Below, piece by piece: positions 54,760-60,238 of a stretch of DNA of 60,238 nt. Each line of letters begins with the position of its first letter. Position 1 is the stretch's first letter. This DNA is from Conidiobolus incongruus B7586 (Eukaryota), in the NCBI GenBank assembly GCA_000697335.1, contig JNEM01013289.1, positions 1 through 60,238 of the forward strand, in the 5' to 3' direction. The position numbers were made by a program, and so were the translations under genes. The notes beneath the pieces were generated by a model. The model saw only the letters and a list, made by a program, of their open reading frames with translations, did no database searches and had not been told where the DNA came from.

Positions 54760-55469
54760 ATGATTGATAATTTTAAAAATTTATTTAATCAACCATATCT
54801 CACTCCTTTAGCTTTATTCATTGGTGCTGTTTTATTCACTTACTACTCTAAAAACAGTCAAGCTTCTCAATCCAAGCCTCAGCACAATCATAAACAATCT
54901 AAACCCTCTACACATTCTCAACCTAAAGCGTAATTTTGTTTAATTTTCAAAATAATCAAACTTAATTATGAATATTTAAATTTAGTTCACCTAGTATGTT
55001 TGGAAATTCAGGTTCTGGACCTAAAGTCGACTTATTACCTCCTAAAGATGACAAATTTACTTTAGAAGAATTAGCTAAATACAATGGACAAGATAGTTCT
55101 TTGCCCATTTATGTCGCTGTTAAGGATACTGTATTTGACGTCAGCTCTAGTTCTTCTTATGGTCCTGAAGGTGGTTATAAAATGTTTGCTGGAAAGAACC
55201 CCAATAGAGTATGTCCTAGTTTAAATATGATTTACATCCAGCTTAACCATATTAATTTATTTTAGGCTCTTGGTAAAAGCTCATTAAAGCCTGAAGATTG
55301 TATTCCTGATACTTCCGATTTCACTCCTGAAGAGGTAAACTTTTTAATATTATATATTTTTTAAGATCTAATAATTAAATTGATTCTTTATTAGCAACAA
55401 GTATTGGATGATTGGCACAAATTCTTTGAAAAGAGATATAATATTGTTGGTAAAATTGTTCGTTCTTGA
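54760..55469 (+). CDS. MAPR family cytochrome b5-like heme/steroid-binding protein (Dap1/PGRMC-like), 4 exons
   Basis: N-terminal TM segment (LTPLALFIGAVLFTYY), FTLEELAKYNGQD, IYVAVKDTVFDVS, YGPEGGYKMFAGK, ALGKSSLK, LDDWHKFFEKRYNIVGK; TGA at 55467-55469. Confidence 0.9.
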
Positions 55470-56713
55470 ATATTCGAATAAATTTTTATTTTATTTCATA
55501 TTAAAATTTATTAATGATATCTATTGTTATTTTTTTACAGCTATTTTTCACTTTTATACTTGATCAATAGTAATATTGAATAGAAAATTGATAAAAATAA
55601 TATGCAAAACAAACGAATAAATAATTAAATATTGTCATAATATATTTTTTGTAAACACTGATAATAATATTATATCGAATTTAATATTAATATTTTATAA
55701 ATAACAATGTTGTTTTGAGAAAGTTTTCTAAATCAAAATATAGTTATTGTATAAGTAATATATTAATGAAAAACATCAAAACCAAGTTGATTGATTTTTA
55801 ATCTTAAATTAATAATATATAATGCTATGTATAACATTAATATAGTATACTGAAAGAGAAATTATTGATATTTTGTCAATATTTTTTATTTACAAAATAA
55901 TGTGATTAAAATTGTTTTAGTATATAATTTTGGAAAGATCTGAATTTTTAAAAAAAATATGCTATGAATGTAAACTGTTAAATAAAAATTGATAAGTAAA
56001 TTATAAGAAAATTTTTGAGCGAAGCCGATCTTGAATAATTTTTAGAGCAATATAATAGTTTAAGCTAAAAAACATATTGTAAACTCAAAAAGATAAAGAT
56101 ATAAAAAAGGAGTGGAAATCAGTAAAGAAGATATTAAAAACGTGAATACTTTACTGATGATCAACGGATCTGAGGGTGATTAGATTTAATTTTAAAAAGT
56201 TGAGATCGTTAAGAAATCGAAGAGGTTGATAATATGAAATATAGATCTGTCTTGGAATAAGGTAATTCGAATAGGATGTCAGGGATAGTGTACAAGCCAA
56301 GAGGAATATAAAAATACCAAGAAATTCCAAATTTAATAATAACTGAAAGGTTAAAGGGTGAGAACAAATGTACTATAAGGAAAATTTATAAAACTTATAG
56401 GATAAAAAGAGACCTCTAGAAAAGCTAGAAAGGAATGTATAAATAAAATAACTCGATTAGTATTGAGAATATAATAAAAATAAAGCAAGTAGAAGAATGA
56501 ATCACCGAGTTTGATACTAATAATAAACCAAGATCTAGATCTATAAAAAATTTTGAATGTTTTTATAATAAAAAATTAGAATGAACACGGAACCAATAAA
56601 TTATTGATGGGAAGGCCCTTTTGTTACTTGTGAGGAACCTTACCTCATTTTATTAGATGTGTGTCGTTGTACATCTAATGATTACTACTTAAACAGTAAA
56701 TTTGACAAATACC

Positions 56714-57499
56714 TTAGTAACGCTTAGCGGGGGTACGAGATAAGAAATCGGTGAATTCTTGGTAAGGAGACTTGTTGAATTTGGTTTCAGCCCACAAATC
56801 GGGAGTAAGGAAAGCGTAGGTGTTACCGATAGCAGCAAAAGTAGCCTTGACAAAGTTACCCAAAGTGCGAGTGGAACCACGAGCGGAGGTGTAACAATCG
56901 GTAATACCGGCCAATTGAAGGACCTTCTTGGGAGTAGGAGCAGCGACAATACCGGTACCACGAGGAGCAGGAACTAAACGAGTGAGGACGGAACCACACT
57001 TACCGGTGACCTTAGTGGGGACGGTGTGGGGGTTACCCAAGTTAGCACCCCAGTAACCACGACGAACGGGGATAACAGAAAGCTTAGCGAGGATAATAGC
57101 ACCACGAATAGAGGTAGCAACTTCTTTAGAGCACTTGACACCCAAACCAACGTGACCGTCGGAATCACCAATGATGACAAAAGCCTTGAAACGAGTACGC
57201 TGACCGGCACGGGTCTGCTTTTGGACGGGCATGATCTTCATGACCTCATCCTTAAGGGTGGGGAGGAAGTAGTCGACAATTTGGTATTCCTTGATGGGAA
57301 GAGAGAAGAGGTAGATTTGTTCAATGTTCTTGATCTTGCCTTCCTTGACAAGACGACCCAACTTGGTAACGGGAACCCAGCTCTTTTCTTCATCACGGGC
57401 ACCGCGACGTCCGCGACCACCACGGCCACCACGTCCGCGACCACGGCCAAAGCCTCCACGTCCACCACGAGTTTCAGTAGGATTGGTAGAGTCCGCCAT
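56714..57499 (-). CDS. RPS2: 40S ribosomal protein S2 (uS5), intronless CDS
   Basis: ATG at 57499, RGG-rich N-terminus, [38 protein letters not shown]. Confidence 0.98.
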   Translation of the reverse strand: MADSTNPTETRGGRGGFGRGRGRGGRGGRGRRGARDEEKSWVPVTKLGRLVKEGKIKNIEQIYLFSLPIKEYQIVDYFLPTLKDEVMKIMPVQKQTRAGQRTRFKAFVIIGDSDGHVGLGVKCSKEVATSIRGAIILAKLSVIPVRRGYWGANLGNPHTVPTKVTGKCGSVLTRLVPAPRGTGIVAAPTPKKVLQLAGITDCYTSARGSTRTLGNFVKATFAAIGNTYAFLTPDLWAETKFNKSPYQEFTDFLSRTPAKRY

Positions 57500-60238
57500 A
57501 TTTAATTTCAATCAAAGATTTTTGACTTTGTAAAGAAAGGGAGGTATTAAATGGAAATTTAAAATATTTTAAACCTTCCCAGTAAAATTTTGTAGAAGGC
57601 CCATAAAATTTTCACAATTCCAATTTAGACCATTCCAAAGTTTTGGAATTCTCCAAATTATGGGATTTTTTTAATTTACGCCTATATATAAATATTTATT
57701 CTGACATTATATCATAAAATAAAATTCACTATTATTTCCAAGTATTATTTATTATGATTTAATTACTTCTAAGATTATATCTATCTATATTTTAATAATC
57801 AAATCGTAGAGCATATATATAATAATTGGCTTGATAAAATATTTGAATAATTCCCTTTGTTTAATTTTGAAATGAATTGTCTTAGGCATAAATTACAATT
57901 CAATGTATATCTTTATAATAATCATACGTTATTTATCACATTGATAAATTTTGTAATTGAATTGTAGCAATTTACACACTCAAATTTTGTCATTCATACA
58001 TATCCCATATTTATATATTCGTATATCTTCTTTATTTGGATTTATAACCAACCAATCACATTTCTCCTATTAAAAAATTAATGTTAGATAGTTTGAATCT
58101 TGTGAGCAAATTTTCCTATTACAAATTTGAATTTTATTTAATCAATGAGAAGAAATATTTGTTCCATATATAAGATAAATGACAAGTTACTGCAAGTAAT
58201 GATATATTATCTCAATCATTTAAATCAAATATTTCCAAGCTGATTAATAGAAGTATTTATTATTTTTAGTAACAAATATAAAATGCCTATTTTTGAAAAT
58301 CAATCTATTTATCAGCGTTGATTATATTTGTTTTTAATATATTAAACATAATGGAAATTAAAATATAATTCTTAAGATTTAAAGCGAATTTAATTAAACA
58401 ACTATATTTATTATCAGCTATTTGAAGAATTAATTTAATTAAATATTCCATAATAGTCAAAAATTTCATTTATTATCGATTTTTAGTAGTTAATTACTAT
58501 ATTACTATATATTGATATCTTCATCACATGATTAAAAGGTCCTTTTCAACTGCAGAAAATATCAATTTTTTATATTAATTTTTTATTTGAATCAAATTTT
58601 CTATATTTTCAAAAATATAATCTAAACAAAAGATTAATTTTAATAATATAATATAAAATTAAAATAAATATTTGGTCAATGAATCATATTTAAGTACACT
58701 AATTTATTCAAAAGTTAAAATCCAAATTCTTTCTTGATATTAAATCTGGATCAATATAATATTAATAAACTTAATAATACATCAGCGATTGATTTTTCAA
58801 TAATGGCGTGATAACCCATTTAGTTATTAAATATTGATCAAATAATATTTTAATATTAAATCACGTTAAATTTTTCTATTCAAAATTAATTTTTAAAACA
58901 GTTTAAAAATTTCAAATTGTTTCATTTAAATTTTAGATTATAATAAATTAATCGCAAATAATATATTCAAATCTCTTTTTAATATATAAAAGCATGTAAT
59001 ATAAAATTCTATTATATTGATTTTTCCAAACAATATTAAAAGAAAGCTAAAGATTAATATATCTAATTGGTACGATAAAATAAGGGTTGAAAAAGAACCA
59101 TATGGGTTATTACGGGTCAAAAACATGCACTTTGACATTCAAAATTTAATTATCATGATATTTGATTAACTTCATTTAAGTTATAATTAGTATTATATAT
59201 CACATTTTAGAAACTATTTCTTTTGTTAAATTATTAAATCTAGAAAATATCAAATATTTATCTCCATTTATTATTAAAATTTTACAAAAACCCTATAAAT
59301 TCATTTAATTAATTATAGGAAGATATACAGTTAGTGAAAAATAATTATTTATTTTTAAAAGATATATTATATTTTTATTAGCATATCAGTATTAATGACT
59401 GAGTATATTTCAATTATCAAGATCCATATAATAATAAAAGGAATATATTATAATTGAATCTAAAATTGACAAGGTTTTATAATTATTATTCTCTTCAAAG
59501 CTATTCTTAAAATATAAGATTCAAAAATTAAAAATTAAAAAATTAAAATGAATAATATTATTTTTGGGTATAAATTACTATTAATTAATTAAGTTTTAAA
59601 TTTTATTAGTAATTAATATGCAATATATTATGTTAATCATTATAATATCAGTTAATATTTAAAGAAAAAACTTTATTAGAAGATTATATAAAATATTATC
59701 TATTATTTTGATTAAATTTTGAATATCAAGTTTCAAGATATATGGTTGCCTATAAACCTTATAATCTGATTTTAATATTATTTATTATTATTATTTCTAT
59801 TAATATTAATTTTTTGAAAACTTATTAAGCTTATATAAATATCAAAATTTTTTGATTTTAATATTTTCTGAATTAAATTCTTTATTGATGGCTTATATTA
59901 ATAAAAAATATCATTTTATATTTAATTATATTATTTTATTAATTAAAACTCTTTATATTAACTTTATTTAATAAAAATTTTGAAATATGATAAATTATTT
60001 TTTTTATTAAATTAAGAAACACATATTATTATAGTTTGGAAAAACTATAATCTTTGCCTAAATTAGCTATTAGCTAAAATTTATATAAAAAAACAAAAAC
60101 CTCAATTAATATATATTTCTAATATATATAATCAAAATAAATATCAAGCTTGATATTTAATAATTAAAAATTTATATTATTTTATTATTGATTTGAAATT
60201 TATTCAAATTTAATTTTATAATTTTGAAATTTTAATAT

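Noticed and set aside
56155..56173. TGATGA...CTGA box C/D-like pair
   Set aside because: Boxes only ~9 nt apart, leaving no room for a guide or C'/D' boxes.
56601..56650. Resemblance to U1, U2 or U11 snRNA 5' ends (CTTACCT, GGCCCTTTTG, AAAAGGGC)
   Set aside because: Remaining conserved snRNA elements are missing.

Overview
Very AT-rich eukaryotic nuclear DNA with many short (about 45-60 nt) GT-AG introns. The gene content (B12-dependent methylmalonyl-CoA mutase, BRCA1-like RING/BRCT protein, ARS2, Sip5, Swa2, Msn2-like factor) points to an early-diverging, non-Dikarya fungus; this is an inference. Thirteen apparently intact protein-coding genes are recognisable. The intergenic deserts hold heavily C>T/G>A-decayed relics that the ORF track misses. 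The main one is a near full-length IS607-type element on the minus strand (~37157-38920) with remnants of a serine-recombinase tnpA and a TnpB/Fanzor2 RNA-guided nuclease. A second, truncated copy lies at ~27817-28215. The two copies share a GC-rich, hairpin-forming 3' segment (candidate omega-RNA scaffold) and 10-bp-phased end repeats. Other relics are a mariner transposase remnant, a probable Ty3/gypsy pol remnant, a decayed tRNA-Val(AAC) and several stop-riddled gene fragments. The two Fanzor copies differ almost only by transitions (21 transitions to 2 transversions in 98 bp, counted by hand), suggesting RIP-like or methylation-driven hypermutation. All calls are by eye, with no database searches.
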